From the NCBI RefSeq assembly GCF_006345805.1, contig NC_043000.1, positions 102,858,001 through 102,922,000 of the forward strand: DNA of 64,000 bases, read 5' to 3'. Below, piece by piece: positions 51,158-64,000 of this stretch. The number at the start of each line of letters is the position of its first letter. Within the stretch, counting starts at the first letter, position 1. Made by a program: the position numbers and the translations under genes. Under the pieces are notes generated by a model. That model did not search any database. It was not told the origin of the DNA and saw only the letters and a program-made list of their open reading frames with translations. Origin of the DNA: Octopus sinensis. Taxonomy: Eukaryota.

Positions 51158-51585
51158 CCATTAAAAAAGCAATTTTCTTTTGCTAGGGATTGGCATTACG
51201 GAAAGATGTTGAAATCTGTCTTAACAAATCTTGTCCCACAGGCATGGAAAAAAATGGTAAGATGATGTTGGTGGTGATGATACACACACACACACACAGT
51301 ATAAAAACAATTGAACAATGAAAGTGGAAACTAACATCAAAGAAATGAATATAATTTTGAAAGATGGGTAAATAAATACTCTTTCTTCTACTTGCTTCAG
51401 ACTTGCTTCAGTCTACGTGTGAAGGAGGAAAGGGAGCAGGTGAGTGACACCTTCAAGAGTGCAGTTTATTATCTAGTATATATCTCAAGCAGATGAATGG
51501 TTAAGAAGCAACTCAGGTGCAGAGCGATTTCAGCTCTCAATTAAATATCACAATGTATTTGCACACTGCTCTACTGATTCTGCTA

Positions 51586-51617
<32 letters not shown>

Positions 51618-51929
51618 TAGACATAGTAGCATGTATGAATAATTAGTAAGGAAGTCTGCCTTGCAATCATGAAGACCTGAAATCAATAAAACTCCTTAGC
51701 ACCTTGGACCAAGTGTCTTTGGCTGGTCTCGGGCTGATCTGAGTGCTGTGGGGGAAATTGGGTCAATGGAAACTGTGTAGAAGCCTGATGGATGGGCTGT
51801 ACCTCTCTCTCTAATTCGAAAGGTTCATCTTTGTCACATTCTGTGTCACACTAATTTTGTTTCAGAATTACAATAAAAGGCTCACATGCCTAAGCAGCAC
51901 TCAACCACTATATATATATATATATATAT

Positions 51930-52253
51930 TGATAGAAATGGCAAGAGAACAAAAGAATGAAAGAGACCTCGATATTATGTAAATAGAGGAATTTATCTGT
52001 AAATATAATATGTGACAATTATTCATTCGGTAGCCATGATAAAACTCCGAGTTTCAGATGTTGGGGCAGAAACCCACGCCGGCATCTCTTCAGTTATCGG
52101 GCCATTAAAATTGCTATGAAAATGACTGTTAAAACAAGGTCCCTTTGTTTTAATGGTCGTTTTCATAGCACCTTTTTCAATGGCCCAATAACTGAAGGGA
52201 TGCTGTCCCAACATCCGAAACTTTATCATGGCTACCGAATAATTGTCACATAT
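51930..52253. mobile_element. Fold-back element (arms 52008-52137 and 52145-52253) with a hammerhead fold in each arm, plus a one-sided tail
   Basis: atatgtgacaattatt...aaaacaa-ggtccct-ttgtttt...aataattgtcacatat, flanked by (TA)n. The tail is homologous to 19495-19550. Confidence 0.85.
52038..52098 (-). ncRNA. Type-I hammerhead ribozyme-like motif, the most complete in the window
   Basis: GAUAA-CUGAAGA-GAUG(22 nt)CAUC-U-GAA-ACUC(g)GAGU-U-UUAUC. Canonical CUGANGA and GAAA, 5-bp stem I, near-palindromic stem III and a GUU triplet, with one extra U before G12. Confidence 0.7.
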
Positions 52254-52410
52254 ACATATATATATATAAATATATATATTACGGAGATGTACTTGCATAG
52301 CAAGTGATTTGATCTGAGATCGTGTGCTGAAACGCAAACAATTGCAGCATGGAAGGTGTTTGTTTGTAAGCCATTTAAGAAACACACAAAAGCCGTTCGA
52401 TTCACTTCAA

Positions 52411-52630
<220 letters not shown>

Positions 52631-54339
52631 ATAATGCATTGAAATTCAAATTAAGTTCCTTGTAGCACCATATCTAATCTCTCATAATTACAAGACTGAA
52701 TTCTATGTAAATGATTGTAACTTCTTATTGCTGCAGAGATGGATGCTAGAGGTGAGTGGTGGAGTCTTGGACCTGCCTACATGTTGGTGCACCAGACCAA
52801 GCCTAATTGAGAGCCAACCTTTCTCAAAAATATATCCTTAGTATGTTTTCAATCCAGCCCGCTGCAAGCTAATAAAATGTTAATCAAATACATACCAGTG
52901 TTCTTACTGTTTATTGAAGTAAGTTTTAACCATCAAATTATTTACATGTAATTAGTTGGATAAGAACACTGAGAAAGAAGAAAGGCAGCAAACTGATAAA
53001 GCAGTTAAGAGTGAAAGATACTTTGCCATATTTGATCCAACTCAACATGGTCAGAGTTCAAATCTCACTGAGGTAAATCTTGCAGTAGAGAATCTTCTGT
53101 GTGTGTGTGTATGCATGTATTTATAAGTACATGTTTGTATATATGCATATTACATGTATGCAAATATATGTACATGTGTGTGTGTGTGTGTTTATGTATT
53201 GTGTGTTTGTATGAATATGCATTGTTCTGCTGTCCCTCTTTACATCACATCACTTGGCAGTTTCAGAAACTGATAATAAAAATAAAAAGGACCAGACTTG
53301 AATAAGTACTGGGATTAATATGAAAGACTAAAACCCATCAAATTGTGCTTGAGCACGAAAAGAATCTAATGGCTAAATGGCTAACCTATAAATTAAGGAA
53401 TAAATGAGTATAGTGTAATAGTTTCCAAATTAAAACACCCTTAGAATTTCTTTTCTCAACTTAGATCTGAAACCCTTTGGCATATAAACTGGCCATATCC
53501 GGCCAAAATATTCTCCCACTTTTATGTTCAAACCAACCAGATCCAGCCTCTCACACTTACGCGACAATGCCATTCTAAAAATAAACAATTACATCATCAA
53601 AATCTCGAAGCTACATGATGGTGCATGATTAATTGAAAAACAATGTGAATAAATTAGCATTACACTCGACAGTGTAATCAGAATGTTAAAGGATTAAATT
53701 AACTATTGGGGTTCGAACTAAGAAAGATGAGGAACTTAAGCAGAAGTTCTTATTTAACATATTCATGATATATTTCTATTAAATACACTATCAATGTATT
53801 TCACTTAGTTCTGGAAAATTATCACCATTAAAGACGGATTTACGAAAATGAACCCTTTCATATTTATATTTTTGTAGTGTTACATGTTTTGTGTTCTGCA
53901 TCTTTGCTACAACATATAACTTAAAATTCATGCTACAACAGGTAACTTTAATCCCTGTATCCAGTTGATACAAGAGGACAGGCAGGCTTTGTTTATTCAG
54001 TGAAACAAAAGATTCTGGAGGGAAAAACCTCATAATACTGTGGCTTTACTTGGATGAATACCTTGCGGGTGTTTGGAACATAATTCAACAAAAAGTTATT
54101 AATTAAAATCAAATTTTAACTTGATAGCATTTAAACCAGCCATATCCGGCCTATCACACCTATTCTACAATGTGATCCTTAGGACATCATTGAAATCCCA
54201 AAGCTACAACACAATAAATAATTAATTCAAAACAATGTTAAATAACAATTTGACAGTAATCTAAATGTTAATAGGTTAAATATGAACACTCAAAAAATAT
54301 ACCCTTAAAGCCAGGAACTTTTCAACACCTCTACGTAAA

Positions 54340-54660
54340 TATAACATAGTGCTAGTGCATGCACACATACACGCGAGTACTGTCCAAATCTCTGACCAAT
54401 CACATACAGCTAGCTGGCATTCAATTAGCATATCAAGTTTCAGGCATTTTGATTGGGTTTTGGATAAAAAATTCGCAAAAAAAGTCACTTCTATTGATTT
54501 TTTAATGGCTTTACAGGGTGACTGGGGAAATGTAAAGATGTGCACGACCACCCTTGGATGGTTTTGAATGACCATAGAAAGTGCGAGCCCTCTAACTGAA
54601 AAATTGTGGATTTGTATTAAGGACATGCACACAGACATTTTGCCGTTTATATATAGAGCT
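54340..54660 (-). mobile_element. Possible Helitron/Helentron-derived non-autonomous element
   Basis: Minus strand begins TCTATATATAAACGGCAAAATGTCTGTGTG, like the TC-start ends of rolling-circle derivatives, and the block retains CpG. The 3' hairpin/CTRR end was not identified. Confidence 0.35.
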
Positions 54661-55301
54661 TTCTACACTCAGCTTTCATATGGTTTTCTGTAAATCAGTG
54701 AGTCACGAAGAAATTACTTAACCGTTTTAATAACAAGTATCCTGAGATAGCGGGTGCTAAGACATGTTTAAAAACCTCAATCATATTTTCATTATAACAT
54801 AAACGAGCATTCAGTTGGTCAACATCCATGTAATTTAGAGCATTATATTAGGTTACAGACTTTCGACAGAGGCATTTGAAATCTAGCTTATACTGAAAAC
54901 TAATTAAAATACATAGGCTGCTAATAGATTAGAAATATGAACATGAAAGTGTTGGGTAATTAATTATAAATAACTTTTCACAACCAAAAAATGTGCTCCA
55001 TATAATCTACTAGAAAATATTAGAGTCAATCACAGGGTCAAAATATTGGTGGGTATCCACACGCATGCACACAAATTAAATTATATTTAATGAACAAAGT
55101 TTAGTTACAATATTAAAATAAAATTCAAAAGTAATAAACACAAGTTTCACTTAACTGGAATAAAGTGTATTTATTACAAGGTATTGTATGCGTGTATATA
55201 TATATATGTGTGTGTGTGTGTGTTTGTATATATATATATATATTCGTTATTTGCAACGGAAACAGCATTAGTTCTGAAGAGTAAATTTGTGTATCTAGCA
55301 T

Positions 55302-55342
<41 letters not shown>

Positions 55343-55654
55343 TATACATCTGCACACACACACACACACAAATTTTTTTTTTTACTAGTTTCAGCCTGAG
55401 AGCTGCAACCATACTGAAACACAGCTTATGTAACTGATACTTGTTTTACAGCACTCCTACTATAGTTAATTTTTGGGTTAATGAAGGAGTTTAATGCCAC
55501 TGACCTCAGATGCACACTTGCTATAACACTGATTCACACAGAACTGCAGATACTAGAGTATCCAAGTACTTCTTGAATATACCTATATCCACTCCATATA
55601 AGTTTCTCAATTTCTCGGAGGGTTTTTAGATTTAAGTAGTAGCAGTCACTCTCA

Positions 55655-56007
55655 GTACCAAAGTTTGGTACTAGCCCAAGCTCTTCCTTACATAAATTAC
55701 TGCAATTCTTTCTCACCTTCTTTCCAGGAAATGGATGATCAATGATGGGACTATGACCAATTTGAATGATAAAGTTCTTGATACCAAACTTGGTGCAAGC
55801 CCTTTGAAACTTTTCTATATATAAATCACTGCATATCTTTCTCATCTTCTTTCCAAGAAGTAGAGTCCTATGGGACTATGCAGTGATGAGCAATTTTGTA
55901 AATGATAAAGTTCTCAATATCAAAACATGGTGCTAGCCCTTCAAAAGTCTTCTATAAATAAATCACTGCATATCTTTCTCATCTTCTTTCTAGGAAGTGG
56001 AGTCCTA
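55655..56007. repeat. Diverged tandem repeat, about 2.7 copies of a 127-136-bp unit
   Basis: Recurring blocks CCAAA..TGGT.C.AGCCC, ATAAAT.ACTGCA...CTTTCTCA.CTTCTTTC and AATGATAAAGTTCT. Confidence 0.85.
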
Positions 56008-57806
56008 GTGCTTTTACTTCTCCCAGCAGCTCAACTGTTGCACCGAAGCTATTTTCTTTGTATCAATACTGTTTGGTGATTAGTAATGAGCAACAGTTCA
56101 GACAGCCAAGACAAAATGTCATGCAAGACAGGACCCCTCCATAGAGTGGAGGTGCAGAACTGAGGGAAGTGGCATTGTGCCAGATGCAGAAAAGGCTAAA
56201 AGTATGAAACGGGGACAAAACAGGTGTCTTGTGATTGAGGAGATACATAGGTACCTCAGTAGAAAAAGAAGAAAGAATGATGGACTTGAAGCATCAGGGC
56301 ATACCCTCAAAGTACAGGGTACACACAGAGAGAAAATAGGAAGTGGTGTATGTGCATGTGTGTGGGGGGTGAGGGGTGGCAGAGAATCAAGGGTAACTGG
56401 ATGAGTGGGTAGGTAAGGAGAGTGAAAGGAAGTGTGTGGGGAGATGCAATGACAGTGGTTAGGTATATATAGGGGTGGATATAATGAGTTACAAAAAGAG
56501 ATGACAATAGCAGACAGAAATGGGTATTCAGGTGAATACCAGTAGACATTAAGAGGCATCCAGTAGACATTAAGAAGGAATATAGTTAGGAGTGCAGGAT
56601 AAGGGGAAGGAATACGTGCATGGAAAAAAATCGGATAGCCATGGCTGGAGTGCCTTTGGTCATAAGTTTGCTTTAGCAAGTATGTCCTGTAATTAAACAA
56701 CAGAAAGAACAGCAGGTGGTCTGCAGTCACTGGTAGAGTGCTTGAGAGAAGTGTCTCAGTTCTTTTCACATCATGGATATGCCTGTCAAACTAAATTGAG
56801 GAAACTTGAGATATTGCCATAAAAGAATAAGACAATAAAAATACAGGAAACAGAAACAAAAACAAGAAAAGAATAGAAAAAAAAATTAAAAAGAAAACTT
56901 CAAAAATTTACTTAAAACAGAAAAAAATGTGTTAAAGTATAACTGGGGCTGACCAGTACGCTAGTTTGTCAATTTCACTATTAATAGAAGTAGCATCAAT
57001 ACTTATTGCTATAATTTCTCACTTGTTTGTTGATCAACATGTAATCATTGTGTCAGGTTAGGTTAAAACTGGTTAATTAGTTAAGGTAGATATTCTATTT
57101 ATACTACAAATTATATCAGGAATTTTATCTTATCATACAGTTTCATATCTGCTTCTTTATATTTTTAACTCGAATCAGCCATTCTACAATTGATAGAGAT
57201 ACCTCTTGGTCATCAGAATTCAGATAACAAGAGTCAGATGAACCAGCTAAAGAAGGCACCCATGGATATTGTATAAACAGCATGAACAGGTGCAGGCATG
57301 GCTTAAGGAACTGGTATTACAATTGTATGGTTTTGGGTTCAGTCCCACTGTACAGCAACTTGGGCAACTGTCTTTTACTATCACCCCAGGTCAACCAATG
57401 CCTTCTAAGTAAATTTGGTGGACAGAAACTCTGTGGAAGCTTGTCATATGTGTGTATGCATATGTCTTTTTTGTTTAACCCTCTACATGTGTTGGTTTGT
57501 TTATATCCCTCTAACTTGGCAATTCAGTTACAGGGACTGACAGAATAAGACTAGACTTTTGGAAACCAATGTCTGTTAATAATTTAGATTTTTTTTTTAG
57601 CATTTAATTAAAAAGCTTAATTAAATGCACAATTTTATATAAGTTGGTATTAAAAAAAATCTTTTTACCCAAAATTTCTTGGCACTAAGGATGAAATTTT
57701 TACCAAAATTAAATCTTTAAAAATTCATTATTAGTCCTAGAATAAAAAGATCACATTTTTTATATGCCAATTTCGTACCCAATGAACAGGCTCTATGCTA
57801 ACTTAC

Positions 57807-57819
57807 CAATGTTTCCACA
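57807..57819 (-). CDS. Candidate 13-nt microexon
   Basis: gtctgcatatttttctcttacttttacAG|TGTGGAAACATTG|GTAAGT. Both splice sites are near-perfect consensus and all three frames are open (xVETL, CGNI or xWKH). Confidence 0.55.
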
Positions 57820-60741
57820 CTGTAAAAGTAAGAGAAAAATATGCAGACTATAAGTGATCAAAATAAGATCTTTAATAAACCACTAGGGAAATCATCTTGG
57901 TAAAGCATGTAAAATTGTTAAGGCCTTATATTTATATTTATATATAATTTTCTCAAAAATTTCAAGTCCAAATTGGGATCCATGGCTGGAGTCAGTGCCT
58001 CTGTCATGAGAAATGAAGTAATCTTGCAGTGAAGTATTGATCTGAAAGCATGGGAGACTACCATTTATTTTCAAGAATTACTTCACTCATGGCAATGCTC
58101 TATATTTCATCAATACCAATGATATTGTTTAAGAATTCATGTTTAGAAATGTTTCTCAAATTTCTCACTACATAAATGACTAATAAGCTAATGTCCTTTA
58201 TAAACAATTTAAAAAAATTAAAAAAACTATTTCTGAACAATTTCATCTATATTTGGAAAAGGAAAAGGTTGAATCTTTTATGCTAATATATAACACAAAT
58301 GAAGGTATGTTGTAAACGAAGCACAGACAGAGTGAGTGACAGTGTTTTGAATAGGATGGCAGAATGTTGAAGAGTTTACATTCTAAACAAATAAAATGAA
58401 AATATCTGGTGACACATCTATCATGTTCAAAGCAATGTGCATATTTAATGTAATGTGCATAAAATAAAAATATAAAACAAAAAGCATTGTGATGCTAAGC
58501 AAAGCTAGAATAATGATAGGTGAACACAACTGTGAGCATGAAATTAATATTGGTTTCAAATTTTGGCACAAGGCCAGCAATATTGGAGTAGGGAAGAAAG
58601 TTGATTACATTGACCCGACTAAGTCAAGCGGTATTTATTTTGTCAACCATGAAAAGGTGAAAGGCAAAGTTGACCTCGGCAGAATTTGAACTCAGAATGT
58701 AAAGATTTGGCAAACATGCTGCTAAGCATTTTGTTCAACAGTAAGCATGAAATTAACATTAGTTATTGCTTGGCCCCGAGCAAGCCCTGATCCAGCAGAC
58801 CTATGATCAAAAGTAATTCAGCCATAATCAAACATGTCCCTTTGTATATCATATACCAAGGATTAATTGTCCAATTTATTCTTCTTTATTTAAAGACAGT
58901 AAGGTATGACTAGAAAGATTTGGATGCTGAAGACATTAATCAATTCAACGATGCTAAACTCCAATGGTGAGAAAAGAATCAGTATATCATGTATTTATAT
59001 CATAAATGGTGGAAAATAGCATTACTGTTTCCAAGTTTCTAAGGGGTCAGTCATAGGTTCACTGCATTCCTGGCGACAAGAGTGACAAAGGAATGTCTAT
59101 GTAGAACAAATATTGCAACAGACTATATTTAAAAAGTACTATTTTTCTTTTTTATGGTCGGAGTTTTCCTACCAATATTATATATATATATATATATCAA
59201 TACAAAATAAACACACATGTACATTTTTCTGCCTACTAAATTCCACATACAAGGTCCTGACCAATTCTAAGATGATGGTTGTAGTATTTTTAACCCTTTA
59301 ACATATATCTTACTCAAATGTAATGCTTATTTATTCACATTATTTTGAATTAAATATGCATTACAATGTGATTGTTTATTTTTAATGATGAGATACTGAA
59401 GGGAGGTGCAAGAGGTTGATCCAGCCAATTTGAACATAAAACAGGTAGATATTTGAGCTGGATATCACTTGTTTAAATGCTGAAGAGTTGAACCAGGAAT
59501 CAAGTTACTGTAAAGGAAACCGCTTAGCCATACAACCATACCTGAACCCATGAATAAAAGCTAATATTAGTTATAGAAATGGTATTTCCAAAAGTATCTT
59601 TATCATATAGTACTCTGGGAAACTGAAGGTTACTAATAAGAATAAAAATAAACTGAATTGATAGTTTATATACTTTTGATTGACAAGTTACAATCAATAG
59701 AAATTTACAATAAAAAACAAAAAAAAAACTAATTTCAAAAATAACTGCAACAAAAGAAACAATTGGGGATATTTAATCCTAAATAACTAATCAAATAGAC
59801 ATATAGTCAAAGACATTCCAACCATGGTTGCCTTGCTTATCTATACCTAGGATTATTTTATCCAATGCACCCATCCATTTTTGAGACATTAGGATGTGCT
59901 TTTTGAGAGATTTGGCTATTTCTAGCAGATTGAGAAATTGTGTAGAAGCCCCACAGAAACTCACTTCATTGTAGTTTGATTGCAATATACACTGTTCATG
60001 TGTTAAATTCACTCACAAGGCTTTGGTTGACTTGGAGCTGTAGTAACAGACATTTGGTCAAGGTGCCACGCAGCAGGACTGAACTTGAAAACACATGGTT
60101 AGGAAATAAGCTTATTACCCCAGACACACACAGATTTTGCATATAAAATATATATATATATAAACTGCAAAGCTGTGAGATACTGAAAAAAAGCAGTGAT
60201 ATGCATGCAAGGTGATATGCACAAGCAAACAATAAATATAAATATCTCCAATAGCCTGAAGAGGCTTTTAAAAGCTAATCCAGAGCATTGATTTAATAGT
60301 GTTAAGTGGGTGAGATAACTCTCTTCCTGGACTGGATGACAGTTTACCACATGTATGCGTCCATAATCTTTGCTAAACCCTTACAAAAGCATGACACACA
60401 AGAAACAGCACAAGATAGCAGGTTATCCAAATACCAGAGATCTATTCTGAATGCTTGAAGAAGGGGAAACTGTGCTAAAGGTGGCCCCAGGTTCTACAAT
60501 AACTTTCTAGAAAAATGTATACCCCATTGGTGGTTGGTAAAAAACTTCATTTTTAATATTTTATCACAATTATTTAATACAGAAATCTACCGGTAACCCT
60601 TTTATTAAGTACAGAGTACAAAGAAAAGTACATTATTGACAAAGAAAAAAAGTGAATCGTTTCATGAAAACTTTGTGCCTGGTGATTACAGTACCATATC
60701 TCACCACAATTTTCTCAGACCCCATGTAGGGAATCACTGGA

Positions 60742-60960
60742 TTAACCCTTTTGATATCATCCTGCCTGAGACTGCTTCTGGTTCTATGATACAAACTTCA
60801 TGTTTTAAACTGATCCAAATCAAAACCTTCCATCACACTTTTCAAGTTAAATAACATCATCTTAATAATTTTAAAATTATTTTACTAAATTCATTATTTT
60901 CAAAACTGACAGAAGCAAAAGCAGCATATTTCTACAGAAATATGGTAACATAAGGGTTCA
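60742..60960. mobile_element. Second TTAA-flanked (piggyBac-type) MITE family
   Basis: TTAA|CCCTTTTGATATC...GTAACATAAGGG|TTCA. Relatives lie at about 9850-10050, 12800-13000, 18225-18400, 23620-23840, 27878-28075 and 34358-34563. Confidence 0.7.
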
Positions 60961-61487
60961 ATCTACACAACCCAACAACTATTAGAGTTCGTGTGACAAA
61001 GTTCCATTCCACATAGTTTCCATCTACCTAATGTTGTGCAAAAGGCATGAACTTGAAGTTATGATAGAAAACACTTACCCAAGGTGCAGTGCAGTGAAAC
61101 TGAACCTGAAACCTTGTGATTTTGAACTGGACTTCTTAATTACACAGATATGCCTCTGATAGTAAGGTAAATCAAGGCACCTGTATTAAAATGTAATGTC
61201 AAGACATATGAAACATACTCAGTGGATCTGAATTTAAAAGCTAAAGGATAGGGAGCGGATGCATGTAACCAACATGAAGACAAAAAAAAAGTGTACTGGC
61301 ATTTTTACTAACTATTATAACTGAAAATCAAGAGTTGTCCCAAATGGCTTTTCAATAAATAAATGTGACAAGTGTTGTCTGACTACAAAGTTATGGTAAT
61401 TGCTAAAAAAATTATGACACATATTTGAGGACCATGAAAAGTAGTTAAAAATCCAATGTGATTTTACTGAATATTAATGACATGTTT

Positions 61488-61527
<40 letters not shown>

Positions 61528-61551
61528 CATGTTGCAGATGAACAGCTAAAT

Positions 61552-61680
61552 CAGTCATGGGCAATCTTTTTTGAGAAACTAGCCACATGAAACATGGCTC
61601 ATCATCAGGTGGACCACACTACTAAAAAGAAAAATTCAAGGTTACTTTCATTGAGAAAGTCCACAGGTTGCCTGTGACTG
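61552..61680. mobile_element. Short hAT-type MITE
   Basis: TIRs CAGTCATGGGCAA and TTGCCTGTGACTG. The 8-bp flanks AGCTAAAT and AGTTACAT match at 6/8, consistent with an aged TSD. Confidence 0.75.
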
Positions 61681-64000
61681 AGTTACATGGATATGATTTC
61701 CAAGTATCTTAACCTTTTGCCTCTCCAAAGTATTTTCATAAGCTTGTCCTAAATGTCCATGCTTGTTTTTAGATGTTTAGTTAACCCTTGTATCATATGT
61801 TCTGAGTAATGTAAAACTTTCATTTCATTAATACTAAGCTACTCTGATAATTGGAAAAAATATTAGGAATGTGTATCATATATAATGCATAGATGCCAGA
61901 GAAATATGTCCTATGTATTAATATCTAATGCACAGGACAAGGTATAGGGTCAAATATATATTTTTAGATAAGAGAATAGATTGTAAACAGATCTTCTGTC
62001 AGTTTCAGTGAGGAGTTTTCTCATTGGTTGATGAACAGAACTACCAACACAGTGACCTTCAGAAGTGAATGTGCATTCCACGTATGCTTCTACCCTTAAC
62101 ATAATCTCCAAGTAGGCTTTGCATGTCACAGTCTGGGCCTTTGAATTTCAAATTAGAAGTACATACTATGTTTCAGACAAGATTCCACAGCTTCTGTCAA
62201 CCTAATTTCATTTCACTGACAGGCTGGGCTCAATTCCTTTTTATGGCAAAAGACACTTGCCCAAAGTGTTGTGAGGAACTTCTGAGCCGTTCAGTAATAT
62301 ATACAAACCATGCACTTATATTAAATGTGATCTTATTTTCTTACATACACGCAGTATTACAATAATAGAAAAAATCGAAAATGGTCAAAGTTTCAACGTA
62401 ATTTAAATGTGATTTATAACTATATAGCTCTTCAAATAGCTACAATTAAAACAAAATATAAGTATGAAATTAGAACAGATTAATGTCCACCAAGCTTGTC
62501 AAGGCCAGACATTTATACCTAAGAGATTAAATTTAAAAAAAATGATAAAATTAGATAATTCAATAGATGAGATTATGGAGAACTACACCACACACATAAA
62601 TATGCATACATTCATGTGTGTGTGTGGATAGATATATGTATATATACAGCTGATTTTTTTTATGCAATAAAACATATCCATAATTTAACAATATTCATAT
62701 TGTCAAATTCACCAACTGTTTCAATTCATGCTTATTTTACATTCAATTCTAATGTCACATTCTTTACAGTCATATATTCCTGAACTTTTCTGCGATTTTT
62801 TTTTTTTTTTTGGTATAGAACTAATCATTGCTTTAACTAGGATTACTAGAAAACATCATAGAGGGAAAAACAATCAAATGCAAACAACTTCTTTCCTTTT
62901 TATTTTACACTATGTGAATCGATCGAAAAGATTGCTTAGAAGTATTAACTAAGTCATTCACTACACTATGGAAATTTTTTCTCTAAAAGCAGTTGAAATA
63001 CACACACAAAACACACATATATAGTGTACTGTGATTACACAGCAACAAACGGTAAGTAATATCGTGACAGTAAATTTGCAAGATCATTCACTCTCTCTCT
63101 CTCTCTTTCTCTCAAACACACACACACAAACCTGTTAACATATATACGCACAGACAGTAAGTTAAACAATAATGGGGGCAATTTGAGGGGGTAAACAGCA
63201 AATGAAGTTAATATTCAAGTCTGTAAGGCAGCAAGCTGTCAGAATTGTTAGCATGCCAGGCAAAATGCTTAGCAATATTTCATCCAGCCTTAGGTTCTGA
63301 GTTCAAATACTGCTGAGTTTGACTTTGCCTCTCATTCTATCAGGGTTGATACAATAAGTACCAGTTGAATACTGGGGTTGATGTAATCAACTTAACTCCT
63401 CTAAAACTGCTGGCCTTGTGCCAAGATCTGAAATCAATATTGACAAAGTTCCTTCTTATTAGGCAGTGGTAATTAGAGTTGCTTAATTTGAAACTCAATT
63501 ATTTCAGCTACTTCAAAAAATAGAATGCCCCACAGTATATTTTTAGTTAGCTGAGCTCTGAGTTCAAATCCTGCCAAGGTCAATTTACCATTTGGAAGGT
63601 AGTAAAAAAAGTACCAAACCAGGGTGGCAGATTAGCAAAGTGAGAGAGCATCTGATAAGATGCTTTCTGATATTTGCCCCAGTTCTTTGCATTCTGACAG
63701 CAACACCTGCAATGACACAGGTGCCAGCTATACTGGAACTAAAGTGACAGCTTTTTCTTAGGCAACATCAGTTGTGTGGAGAGCGGAGACTTATATAGAC
63801 AACTGCCAGTTTTCTAGAAAAGCCCAAACTCAAGACCTGCATACACAAATGAAGATCTATATCAGACCCTGACCAACCCAACCCAACCACCCAGCAACAC
63901 CCCTCTCCAACCCACACAAGCCTCAAAACAGTTCAAGCCTAGTCAGATAAAAAGGTTGACTTTACACCTGTGGGGTCCTATAAGGGTTTGAACTTTGACT

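Noticed and set aside
54330-54659. Apparent terminal inverted repeat CTCTAC...ATAGAG
   Set aside because: The left end is better explained as the end of a solo mariner TIR (54303-54337), so the match looks coincidental.
55655-56007. CRISPR-like repeat-spacer pattern
   Set aside because: The context is eukaryotic, the units are long and diverged with homologous spacers, and there are no cas genes.
56119-56769. Longest ORF in the track (216 aa)
   Set aside because: It spans pyrimidine-rich low-complexity DNA and repeat fragments, has biased L/S/P/H composition, and shows no domain motif or splice context.

Overview
AT-rich, microsatellite-dense eukaryotic genomic DNA. The repeat families (tRNA-derived SINEs with Nin-like, CORE-like and V-like domains, and SINEs ending in ...CCCATGCCAGCATGGAAA...(TGA)n) look like those of Octopus or another coleoid cephalopod. 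That assignment is pattern recognition, not a database result. Almost all ORFs in the supplied track are artefacts of microsatellites, low-complexity DNA or repeats. The window reads best as very large introns of one minus-strand gene. It contains one convincing 162-nt coding exon (5617-5778, protein not identified) and a series of candidate microexons and alternative acceptors (57807-57819, 32797-32840, 32656-32707, 31303-31353, 24142-24176, 8292-8315, 8121-8176, 5490, 5255, 1880-1901). The rest is a dense mosaic of SINEs, piggyBac-, hAT- and mariner-type MITEs, RTE LINE remnants and a Tigger/pogo transposase fossil. The most unusual signal is a set of short, mostly microsatellite-flanked elements carrying minimal type-I hammerhead-ribozyme folds of the kind known from Penelope-like elements (19348-19385, 19578-19638, 23843-24017, 24877-24911, 52008-52253). 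Two of these are fold-backs with a hammerhead remnant on each strand. Several long, near-perfect palindromes and inverted SINE pairs would also form dsRNA in the pre-mRNA.
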